Below are positions 36,039 to 44,226 of a stretch of 58,357 bases of DNA, one piece after another. Each line of letters starts with the position of its first letter. Positions within the stretch are counted from its first letter, which is position 1. Both the position numbers and the translations under genes were made by a program. The stretch spans positions 1 through 58,357 of the forward strand of contig JAHIPS010000081.1 of NCBI GenBank assembly GCA_018902915.1. Direction: 5' to 3'. Below the pieces are notes generated by a model. It had not been told where the DNA came from. It saw only the letters and a list, made by a program, of their open reading frames with translations, and made no database searches. The DNA comes from Candidatus Omnitrophota bacterium (GTDB taxonomy: Bacteria > Omnitrophota > Gorgyraeia > Gorgyraeales > Gorgyraeaceae).

Positions 36039-38630
36039 ATGGACACGAAGAATAGTAAAATGACCCGTAGAGATTTCGTAAAAAGCGCTGTGCTTACAGG
36101 CGCAGCTGTCGCAGTCGGCTCTAATCTTAAACCGGCATTAAGGGCTTTTGCGGCAACAGCTGAGCCCCCATTTACTGAATCCGGGAAATGGAAACCAACT
36201 ACATGTCAGGGGTGTACTTCCTGGTGTTCTGTGCAGGCGTATGTAGTGGATGGAAGGGCTATAAAGGTAAGAGGCAACCCGAATTCCAAGGTAAATGGAA
36301 AGGCTGGTTGTCCCCGCTCGCATATGTCTCTCCAGCAGGTCTATGACCCTGACAGGATCAAGGTCCCGATGAAGAGGACCAATCCTAAAAAAGGTAAAAA
36401 TGAGGATCCTGGATTTGTCCCTATATCATGGGATGAGGCGCTTAATACGATTGCTGACAAGATAATGGAGCTCAGGAACGCCGACGAGACATATAAATAT
36501 ATGCTTATGAGAGGCAGATATTCATATATGCGGGACATACTCTATGATCGCATGACCAAGATCATAGGTTCTCCCAATAATATCTCCCACAGCGCAATCT
36601 GCGCCGAGGCAGAAAAATTTGGACCTTATTATACAGAAGGATTATGGGATTATAGGCAATACGATATTAAAAACACCAGATATGTAATTTTGTGGGGAGC
36701 TGATCCTATTTCAGCCAACAGGCAGGTTTCCTATTATCTGAGTGAATGGGGCGATATGCTTGACAGGGCGCAGGTAGCTGTCATAGATCCGAGATTGTCT
36801 GCTACTGCTACTAAGGCGGATGAATGGTTGCCTATTAAGCCTGGTCAAGACGGGGCATTGGCTTCTGCAATGGCTCATGTAATTCTGACTGAGGGCCTGT
36901 GGTACAAGGACTTTGTCGGAGATTTTGATGTAAACTCTCCTGTAAAAAAGTTTGAGAAGGACAAGACAATACCAGAAGAATTTGCTTCTACCCAGTCTGA
37001 CGGCAGCACGTTAAATTCACAAACTTTCAAGGAAAAATACACGCATGGCCTTATTAAGTGGTGGAATATAGAGCTTTATGATAAAACACCGGAGTGGGCA
37101 GAAAAGAGGACTGGCATAACGGCTGATCAAATAAGAAGAGTAGCGATAGGATACGGAAAAGCAGCGCCGCATGCTATTTGCTGGGTCGGTGGCGGTCCGG
37201 TTATGCAGGTCAGAGGCGGGTATACTAGCATGGCTGCGCATGCCTTAAATGGACTTGTTGGTTCAGTGGATAATGTAGGCGGGACACTCCAGGCCAATAA
37301 AGAGTATACGAAAGCATTTCCAAAACCAGATGACTTCATGGATGATATAGCAAAGGAAGGCAAAAAGCATAAGAAGATAGACCATAGAGGGAGAAAGGAA
37401 TTCCCGAGCCTTAAGAAAGGAAAACCAGGTTCAGCGGTTGTTACCAACAGGGCAGCGGATGGGATATTGAACGAAGACCCTAGTGAAATAAAGGTTGCGA
37501 TAGGCTACATGAATAACTTTGCATTTTCATGTCCTGGCTCAGAAAGATGGGAAAAGGCCTTGAGTAAGATCCCTTTTCTCGTCCATATTACCACGCATGC
37601 AGCAGAATTTACGTGGTTTTCTGATATAGCGCTGCCTTCCACTCATCATATGTTCGAGAAATGGGGATGGGTGAAGTCACACGGTAATGGATATCGCCAC
37701 GTTACTCTGCTACAGCCAGTGAATGATAGAGTGTGGGATGTGAAGACAGACGAAACCGAGATACCATGGCTTATAGCTGAAAAGCTTGCGCAAAGAGGAT
37801 TTGATAACTTATTGCGCCACTACAAGGAATACAAGGATCCGGAAACTGGTAAGGCGCCTACCAATGAAAAAGAGTTTGCCCTTTACGCGCTTAAATATGC
37901 CACTGAGAAACTCTGGGATCCTTCTAAATATGAAGGCGGAGATAAGTTAAGCGGCTGGCAGGAACTTGTAGAAAAGGGCGTTTGGAATTCAGACCCTTAC
38001 CCCTATAAAAAGAGATGGGGAAAGATGAAGACCAAGACCGAGAAGTTCGAGTTTTATAGCGAGACACTAAAAGAGGCCCTGACCGCGCACGCAGAAAAAC
38101 ATAATACCAGCACAGATGATATACTTTCTACTTGTAACTACCAGGCCAGGGGTGAGAAGGCATTTGTTCCACACTACGAGGAGCCGGTTACGTGGGGCAG
38201 CAAAAAAGAATATCCGTTTGTTCTGGTTGATTACAAGTCCAGGCTTAACAGGGAAGGCAGGTCTGCTAATTGTTCGTGGTATCAGGAATTTAAGGATATT
38301 GACCCTGGGGATGAGGCATGGAATGACGTGGCCAAGATAAATCCTGTGGATGCAAAGGCATTAGGGATAAGGGATGGCGCCAGGATCAAGTTGACATCCA
38401 AGATAGGAGAGATCGAGTGCACCGCGAAGTTATGGGAAGGTGCGCGCCCCGGAACCATTGCAAAGTGTTATGGACAGGGGCACTGGGCTTATGGTAAGCT
38501 GGCAGCTAAGAGGTTTGGTAAAGTGCCCAGAGGAGGAAACAATAATCAAATAATCCCTGCTGATTACGATCGCCTGAGCGGTTCCACAGCGTTTTATGGA
38601 TTGGCAAGGATTAAGGTCAGTAGGGCATAG
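36039..38630 (+). CDS. Tat-exported Mo-bisPGD catalytic subunit, ArrA/ArxA-like by motif spacing (Psr/Phs/Ttr superfamily)
   Basis: MTRRDFVKSAVLTGAAVAVG; C56-x2-C59-x3-C63-x27-C91; RGRY at 158-161; H184-S185-x2-C188-x4-K193. 863 aa. The Mo-bisPGD family assignment is high confidence; the Arr/Arx subtype is moderate. Confidence 0.7.
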   Translation: MDTKNSKMTRRDFVKSAVLTGAAVAVGSNLKPALRAFAATAEPPFTESGKWKPTTCQGCTSWCSVQAYVVDGRAIKVRGNPNSKVNGKAGCPRSHMSLQQVYDPDRIKVPMKRTNPKKGKNEDPGFVPISWDEALNTIADKIMELRNADETYKYMLMRGRYSYMRDILYDRMTKIIGSPNNISHSAICAEAEKFGPYYTEGLWDYRQYDIKNTRYVILWGADPISANRQVSYYLSEWGDMLDRAQVAVIDPRLSATATKADEWLPIKPGQDGALASAMAHVILTEGLWYKDFVGDFDVNSPVKKFEKDKTIPEEFASTQSDGSTLNSQTFKEKYTHGLIKWWNIELYDKTPEWAEKRTGITADQIRRVAIGYGKAAPHAICWVGGGPVMQVRGGYTSMAAHALNGLVGSVDNVGGTLQANKEYTKAFPKPDDFMDDIAKEGKKHKKIDHRGRKEFPSLKKGKPGSAVVTNRAADGILNEDPSEIKVAIGYMNNFAFSCPGSERWEKALSKIPFLVHITTHAAEFTWFSDIALPSTHHMFEKWGWVKSHGNGYRHVTLLQPVNDRVWDVKTDETEIPWLIAEKLAQRGFDNLLRHYKEYKDPETGKAPTNEKEFALYALKYATEKLWDPSKYEGGDKLSGWQELVEKGVWNSDPYPYKKRWGKMKTKTEKFEFYSETLKEALTAHAEKHNTSTDDILSTCNYQARGEKAFVPHYEEPVTWGSKKEYPFVLVDYKSRLNREGRSANCSWYQEFKDIDPGDEAWNDVAKINPVDAKALGIRDGARIKLTSKIGEIECTAKLWEGARPGTIAKCYGQGHWAYGKLAAKRFGKVPRGGNNNQIIPADYDRLSGSTAFYGLARIKVSRA

Positions 38631-38643
38631 AGACGGGAGCTAG

Positions 38644-39240
38644 TTGAAAACAGAAGAAACTTTACTACATGAAAATGCTCGCGCTGAGCAGTACAAGTTT
38701 CTATCGGAATGTTATCATGCACCTGATGAGAAACTGATAGAGATGCTGTGCTCAAGGAAGGATTCTGTTCAGGACTTGCTTAAAAACATTCCGACTATTG
38801 ATGATCTCGAGCAATTAAAAATTGAATACTCAAGGCTTTTTCTTGGGCCATTTAAAGTCCTTGTGCCACCCTATGGTTCTGTGTATCTTGAACATGAGAG
38901 AAGGGTCATGGGTGAATCAACCATAGATGTGAAGAGGTGGTATGAGAAGGAAAAGCTCGATATATTGATTAGAGAGGTCCCGGATCACATAGCCATAGAA
39001 TTGGAGTTTATGTATCTCCTTGTTTTTAAGCAAATAGAGGCAACCAAAGACTCTGATTCTGTCGGTGCCTGGAATTATCAGAAAAAACAGGCTTCTTTTT
39101 TGAATACCCATCTGGGAAAGTGGGCCCCTGAATTTTCTGAAAAGTTGGAGGCAAGCGCCAGAAACGGGTTTTACAAAAATTTAGCCCGGTACACGAGATT
39201 ATTTGTCGAAGAAGACGCAAAAGGCCTATCGACCTTATAG
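38644..39240 (+). CDS. TorD/DmsD-family molybdoenzyme chaperone
   Basis: TTG start. YSRLFLGPFKVLVPPYGSVYLE and PDHIAIELEFMYLL are typical of TorD-like proteins. Confidence 0.75.
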   Translation: MKTEETLLHENARAEQYKFLSECYHAPDEKLIEMLCSRKDSVQDLLKNIPTIDDLEQLKIEYSRLFLGPFKVLVPPYGSVYLEHERRVMGESTIDVKRWYEKEKLDILIREVPDHIAIELEFMYLLVFKQIEATKDSDSVGAWNYQKKQASFLNTHLGKWAPEFSEKLEASARNGFYKNLARYTRLFVEEDAKGLSTL

Positions 39241-39267
39241 TGCTGATTGAAGAAGGGGGTGGATCGA

Positions 39268-39666
39268 ATGAGCAATAAGTCAAAGATCCTGATTATCGAC
39301 GACGATCCGGATATTTCAGAGGCGATGAAGGTAGTTCTGGAGAGTAAGCAATATCAGGTCGCTACTGCCAAGACCGGGGAACAGGGCCTGAAAAAAGTAA
39401 AACAGGAAAAGCCGGATCTTGTCATACTGGACGTCATGATGGAAACACAGGGCAAGGGTTTTGACGTCGCAAGGGCTATTAAAGGAGACGAAGATACCAA
39501 AGACACTCCTATCCTTATGCTCACAGCTGTCAAAGAAAAGACAGGATTGGATTTCAAGAAAGAGGCAGGCGATGATGCCTGGCTTCCAGTTGACGCTTAT
39601 CTTGACAAACCGCTCAAACCCGAAGAATTGATTTCAAAGGTCGGACTGCTTTTAGGAAAGAGTTAG
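39268..39666 (+). CDS. single-domain (CheY-like) response regulator
   Basis: KILIIDDDPD...DLVILDVMM...PILMLTA...K. ATG 39268 has an upstream GGGGGTGG RBS. Confidence 0.85.
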   Translation: MSNKSKILIIDDDPDISEAMKVVLESKQYQVATAKTGEQGLKKVKQEKPDLVILDVMMETQGKGFDVARAIKGDEDTKDTPILMLTAVKEKTGLDFKKEAGDDAWLPVDAYLDKPLKPEELISKVGLLLGKS

Positions 39667-39679
39667 AATATAAGATGTT

Positions 39680-40993
39680 ATGGAGAGCTTGAATTCGCGT
39701 GAGGGTCTCTTTGAAAGGATCCATTGGCTCATTAAGCTGCGATGGATAGCTGTTACAGGGGTCTTTCTGTCTGTATTCATAGCAGTTAATGTACTCAAGA
39801 TTCCTGTTCCAGATATACCTTTATATGCTATAGCGCTTATACTCGGGATATATAATCTCACATCCCTTGTCTATGTAAACAGGTCAAGGGCGAATTTTCC
39901 CGCACTAGCCAACAGGATCGCCAATACGCAGATAGCCATTGATCTTTTTATCCTTGCCAGCCTCGTGCATTTTTCCGGAGGCATAGAGAATCCTTTTATA
40001 TTTTATTTTATCTTTCATATGATCATCGCGAGCATACTTCTTTCGCGGCGCGCATCTTTCCTACAGGCCACGTTCGCGGTCATATTGTTTTCCATGATGG
40101 TGGCCTTAGAGTATCTTGGGATCTTGCCACATTATTGTTTAGTTGGGTTTGTTTCCTCTGATCTCCACAACAATGCTATTCACATTAGCGGCATAGCCTT
40201 TGTTTTTGTTTCTACCTTGTATATAGCAGTGTATATGGCCACGTCTATTTCAAGGAGATTAAGAGAACGCGAGGCAAGTTTAAAAGAGGCAAACGCACTT
40301 TTAAAGCAGAAGGACAGAATAAAAAGCGAGTATGTCTTAAGAGTTACACATGATATAAAGGAACACCTGGCAGCGATCCAGAGCTGTATCGAGCCGGTAA
40401 CAGGCGGCATAGTGGGTTCACTCAATGAAAAACAAATGAACCTGCTCCAGAGGGCTGATGAACGCGCGGGAAAACTCATGTTTTTTGTAAAGGCACTATT
40501 AGAGGTCACGAGCATAAAATTGAGTAAAGAGATCCGCATGGGACATTTTGATTTTAGCGACATGCTGAAAGACGCCATCCATACTATTGCGCGCAAGGCA
40601 GGAAACAAAAACATATTCCTCAGCTCCACTGTGGAACCTGGCATACAGAAGATACGTGGGGCCAGGGAATATATACAGGAACTTATCTCAAACCTTTTGG
40701 CAAATTCCGTGAAATACACGCCCCGCAATGGAAAGGTAGATATCGATGTTATTGATAAAGGCAATTCTATTCTTATACAGATTAAGGACACCGGCATAGG
40801 AATACCTGGGGAGGAGCTATCAAAGGTATTTGACGAGTTTTACAGGGCATCCAATGCCAGGGAAATCGAAAAAGACGGCACAGGTCTGGGGCTTTCAATA
40901 GCAAAGCAGGTGGTGGCTAGGCACAATGGAAAGATCTGGGTAGAGTCAGTCCAGGGCAAAGGCACCACGTTCTTTATAATGTTACCTAAATAG
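39680..40993 (+). CDS. polytopic sensor histidine kinase
   Basis: About 6 N-terminal TM helices, H-box [11 protein letters not shown]-box [17 protein letters not shown] and GTGLGLSIA. Confidence 0.85.
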   Translation: MESLNSREGLFERIHWLIKLRWIAVTGVFLSVFIAVNVLKIPVPDIPLYAIALILGIYNLTSLVYVNRSRANFPALANRIANTQIAIDLFILASLVHFSGGIENPFIFYFIFHMIIASILLSRRASFLQATFAVILFSMMVALEYLGILPHYCLVGFVSSDLHNNAIHISGIAFVFVSTLYIAVYMATSISRRLREREASLKEANALLKQKDRIKSEYVLRVTHDIKEHLAAIQSCIEPVTGGIVGSLNEKQMNLLQRADERAGKLMFFVKALLEVTSIKLSKEIRMGHFDFSDMLKDAIHTIARKAGNKNIFLSSTVEPGIQKIRGAREYIQELISNLLANSVKYTPRNGKVDIDVIDKGNSILIQIKDTGIGIPGEELSKVFDEFYRASNAREIEKDGTGLGLSIAKQVVARHNGKIWVESVQGKGTTFFIMLPK

Positions 40994-41009
40994 AAACAAG
41001 GAGGGTGAG

Positions 41010-41186
41010 ATGTTTAAGTTTGGAATGGGTGAGCTTGTTGTAATTTTATTGATCGTGCTTCTTTTATTTGGCGCGTCAAGGCTGCCTGAGATAGCACGTT
41101 CATTGGCTAAATCAGTCAAGGAATTCAAAAAGGCGGGGAAAGAGCTAAAGGGCGACATAGAAGACGTTACAAAAGACGAAACATGA
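41010..41186 (+). CDS. tatA: twin-arginine translocase TatA/E
   Basis: 58 aa (below the ORF-track cutoff). [42 protein letters not shown] is the canonical TatA pattern. GGAGGG RBS. Confidence 0.85.
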   Translation: MFKFGMGELVVILLIVLLLFGASRLPEIARSLAKSVKEFKKAGKELKGDIEDVTKDET

Positions 41187-41187
41187 T

Positions 41188-41883
41188 ATGGATGAACGGC
41201 TCACACTAGTAGAACATCTGGACGAGGTCAGGACAAGACTCCTGAAGTCAGTCGTGTTCGTGATCATTATATCGTGTGTGCTTTATAGCATCATAGACGT
41301 GCTTATCCCTATGCTTGCCAGGCCTGTTAAGCGGCTCATATTCATAGCGCCGCAAGAGGCATTCGTAGTAAATATTAAAATAGCTTTTATGGGAGGACTT
41401 TTTTTTTCTTCGCCGTATCTTCTATACCATATCTGGGAATTTGTCTCAGTGGGCCTGGAGAAAAAGGAAAGGAGATACGTCCTCATATTCGGACTATTGT
41501 CTTTTGTGCTTTTTATATCGGGGTGTGGCTTCGGGTATTTCGTAATCTTACCTATTGCCATAAAGTTTCTCCTGGGGTTTGCGACGGATGTCATAAGCCC
41601 CATGATAACAGTGAGCAACTACGTCTCTTTTGTCGGGACTATAATCTTTGCCTTTAGTCTCGTGTTCCAGCTGCCTCTAATAATGCTTTTTCTCACAAAG
41701 ATCAATATAGTTACGCCTGTGTTTCTGTCAAAGAAAAGAAGACATGCAATAGTCGCCATGTTTGTAGTGGCAGCGATTCTAACGCCGCCAGACGTAATCA
41801 CCCAGCTTTTAATGGCAGGACCGCTACTGATTTTATACGAAATCGGTATTATGTTTTCCAAATGGGCATATAGGCCAGCATGA
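41188..41883 (+). CDS. tatC: twin-arginine translocase TatC
   Basis: LTLVEHLDEVRTRL..., 6 TM helices, and ...LTPPDVITQ. Confidence 0.9.
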   Translation: MDERLTLVEHLDEVRTRLLKSVVFVIIISCVLYSIIDVLIPMLARPVKRLIFIAPQEAFVVNIKIAFMGGLFFSSPYLLYHIWEFVSVGLEKKERRYVLIFGLLSFVLFISGCGFGYFVILPIAIKFLLGFATDVISPMITVSNYVSFVGTIIFAFSLVFQLPLIMLFLTKINIVTPVFLSKKRRHAIVAMFVVAAILTPPDVITQLLMAGPLLILYEIGIMFSKWAYRPA

Positions 41884-43115
41884 TAAAAGTCAAAGATGCA
41901 CTGAAGATAATATTGAGTAGTATAAAACCGCTAGGAAACGAGAAGGTCAGGCTCCTGGATGGCCTGGATAGGGTGTTGGCTGATGATATTCATGCAAACT
42001 GCAATTTGCCGCCATTTGATAATTCTGCAATGGACGGGTATGCAGTTAGGGCAAAGGATACTAAAGGCGCCTCTGGAATCCGTCCAAAGATCTTAAAGGT
42101 AATAGAGGATGTAGCCGCAGGTTATACAGCAAAAAACAAGGTTTGTGATAATCAGGCCATAAGAATAATGACAGGCGCGCCAGTTCCAAATGGGGCTGAC
42201 AGCGTGATTATGGTGGAGTTTACAAAAAAAGATAAAAATCTAGTCGAGATATTTAAGCAGACTAAAAAAGGGGAGAATATTCGTAGAGCTGGTGAGGATG
42301 TAAAGAAAAAGCAAAAGGTTTTATCCAAAGGCACTATCTTGAGGCCGCAGGAAATAGGCATGCTCGCTTCACTCGGCATAGCCAGGATAAATGTGGCAAA
42401 AAGGCCAAGGGTTGGGATACTGGCTACAGGAGATGAGCTGGTGGGGGTGGAAGAGAGATTAACAAAAGGTAAGATCAGGAATAGTAATACCTATATAGTC
42501 CATGGCCAGATACTAAAGTGTGGGGCCACACCAGTTGATTTAGGCATTGCAAGGGACTACAGGACAAAGGTAAGGAAAAAAATCGAGGCAGGTTTCGCCA
42601 AACGTCTGGATATGCTCCTGGTCATAGGAGGGATTTCTGTTGGCGATTATGATTTAGTAAAGGATGTCTTATTGGACATGGGAATGAAGATGAAATTTTG
42701 GAAGGTTTGCCAGAGGCCGGGAAAACCCCTGGCATTTGGGATTATAAGAGGTATCCCTGTGTTTGGCCTGCCAGGTAATCCCGTATCCTCCACAATAAGC
42801 TTTGAGGAATTTGTCAGGCCCTCGCTACTAAAGATGCAGGGTTCAAAGAATCTGTTCAGGCCAGGCGTTTGGGCGATCCTGACTCAGGATTTTCAGAAGA
42901 AAAAAGACCTCAGGTATTTTATCCGTGCGAGGCTTAAAAATATAGATGGAAAGTTTTACGCCTCGATTACCGGGCCGCAGGGTTCAGGTATTATAAATTC
43001 GCTTGTTTTAGCTGACGGCATAATAGTGGCACCTGAAGAAAAGACGTTTCTTAAAAAAGGACATAAGGTATATGTCCAGCTTTTAAGGCATGGATTTGAC
43101 GGAGGCGCGATTTGA
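41880..43115 (+). CDS. moeA: molybdopterin molybdenumtransferase
   Basis: PPFDNSAMDGYAV, IMTGAPVP, TGDEL and LPGNPVSS. Confidence 0.9.
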   Translation: MIKVKDALKIILSSIKPLGNEKVRLLDGLDRVLADDIHANCNLPPFDNSAMDGYAVRAKDTKGASGIRPKILKVIEDVAAGYTAKNKVCDNQAIRIMTGAPVPNGADSVIMVEFTKKDKNLVEIFKQTKKGENIRRAGEDVKKKQKVLSKGTILRPQEIGMLASLGIARINVAKRPRVGILATGDELVGVEERLTKGKIRNSNTYIVHGQILKCGATPVDLGIARDYRTKVRKKIEAGFAKRLDMLLVIGGISVGDYDLVKDVLLDMGMKMKFWKVCQRPGKPLAFGIIRGIPVFGLPGNPVSSTISFEEFVRPSLLKMQGSKNLFRPGVWAILTQDFQKKKDLRYFIRARLKNIDGKFYASITGPQGSGIINSLVLADGIIVAPEEKTFLKKGHKVYVQLLRHGFDGGAI

Positions 43116-43690
43116 ATCCGGCTACTGGAATAATATTGGCAGGCGGCAAAAGCACTCGCATGAAAACTGACAAGGCGTTTTTAAAACTCGGCCCAAAGAC
43201 AATGATCGAAGAACTTGTTTCAAAGTTGGAGAAAAAATTTTCAAAACTCATGATTATCGCCAATGATAAAGAAAGATACTCGAGGTTTGACATGCAGGTC
43301 ATAGAGGATATTATACCTGATAAAGGGCCGTTAGGCGGCATATACACTGGTCTCGTTAAATCAGATAGCTTTTATAATTTCATCTTTAGCTGCGACGCGC
43401 CTTTTGTAAATCCTGATTTAATAGATTATATGATCAGTAAAGCAAAAGACTTTGATATAGTAGTGCCTAAATGGCAAGATCGATTCGAACCACTTCATGC
43501 TATTTATTCGAAGGACTGCATAGAAGCAATTGAGAGCCAGCTAGGAAAGAATGAATTGAAAGTAACGAATTGCCTCCAATATGTTAAAGTCAGGGTGATA
43601 AACGAGAAAGAGATCTCTCGATTTGTCTCCAGCCAGCCTTTCTTCGCTAATATAAATACACCTCAGGATCTTTATATGTTGTCACAGTAG
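43112..43690 (+). CDS. mobA: molybdenum cofactor guanylyltransferase
   Basis: GIILAGGKSTRM, GPLGGIYTG and FSCDAPF. TTG start overlaps the moeA stop. Confidence 0.85.
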   Translation: MNPATGIILAGGKSTRMKTDKAFLKLGPKTMIEELVSKLEKKFSKLMIIANDKERYSRFDMQVIEDIIPDKGPLGGIYTGLVKSDSFYNFIFSCDAPFVNPDLIDYMISKAKDFDIVVPKWQDRFEPLHAIYSKDCIEAIESQLGKNELKVTNCLQYVKVRVINEKEISRFVSSQPFFANINTPQDLYMLSQ

Positions 43691-43771
43691 CTTAGCCTTG
43701 AATAGAGTTTAGTCAATGACAAAATGCCAAAGTTATTGTAAACTAATACTAATGGCAAAGCAGGAGTTATT

Positions 43772-44215
43772 ATGGGGAATTTTTTAAGCGCTATTTTATC
43801 ATCCTATGAGGGAAAAGAGGATGAATTAATACCTATTTTACAGCAGGTTCAGGAGAAACTTGGTTATCTCCCTGAAGAGGCCATGCTTGAGATAGCCAAA
43901 TTTACTGGTGTATCGGAAAGTAAGATATATGGCGTGGCGTCGTTTTATGCGCAGTTTCGCTTTACACCGGTAGGCAAGAACAAAGTCACGGTATGTCGTG
44001 GGACTGCCTGCTATGTTCGTGGTGCGCCACGGATCCTGGAAGAAGTAGAAAGACGTTTAGGTATCCGGGATGGAGAGACTACAAAAGACCTGGAATACAC
44101 CATCGATACTGTGGCGTGTATTGGTTGCTGCGCACTATCTCCTTGCATGATGATCAATAAAGAGGTACATATCAAGTTAACCCCACCGAAGATAGACAAG
44201 ATCTTCTCCAAATAA
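43772..44215 (+). CDS. NuoE-like [2Fe-2S] subunit
   Basis: VCRGTAC...CIGCCALSP thioredoxin-like ferredoxin motif. Confidence 0.85.
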   Translation: MGNFLSAILSSYEGKEDELIPILQQVQEKLGYLPEEAMLEIAKFTGVSESKIYGVASFYAQFRFTPVGKNKVTVCRGTACYVRGAPRILEEVERRLGIRDGETTKDLEYTIDTVACIGCCALSPCMMINKEVHIKLTPPKIDKIFSK

Positions 44216-44226
44216 GGTAATAGCTT

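Noticed and set aside
40180-40797. 205-aa minus-strand ORF antisense to the histidine kinase gene; similar cases are 32234..32764, 12213..12755 and 4915..5406
   Set aside because: These are shadow ORFs opposite strongly supported + strand genes. Their translations are Ser/Pro/Leu-rich with no motifs and no start context.
43691-43771. Moco riboswitch or other leader upstream of the fdh operon and of moaA (49000-49530)
   Set aside because: The leaders are short and AT-rich, or occupied by repeat copy D. I could not draw the conserved Moco-RNA helices. A covariance-model scan would be needed to be sure.
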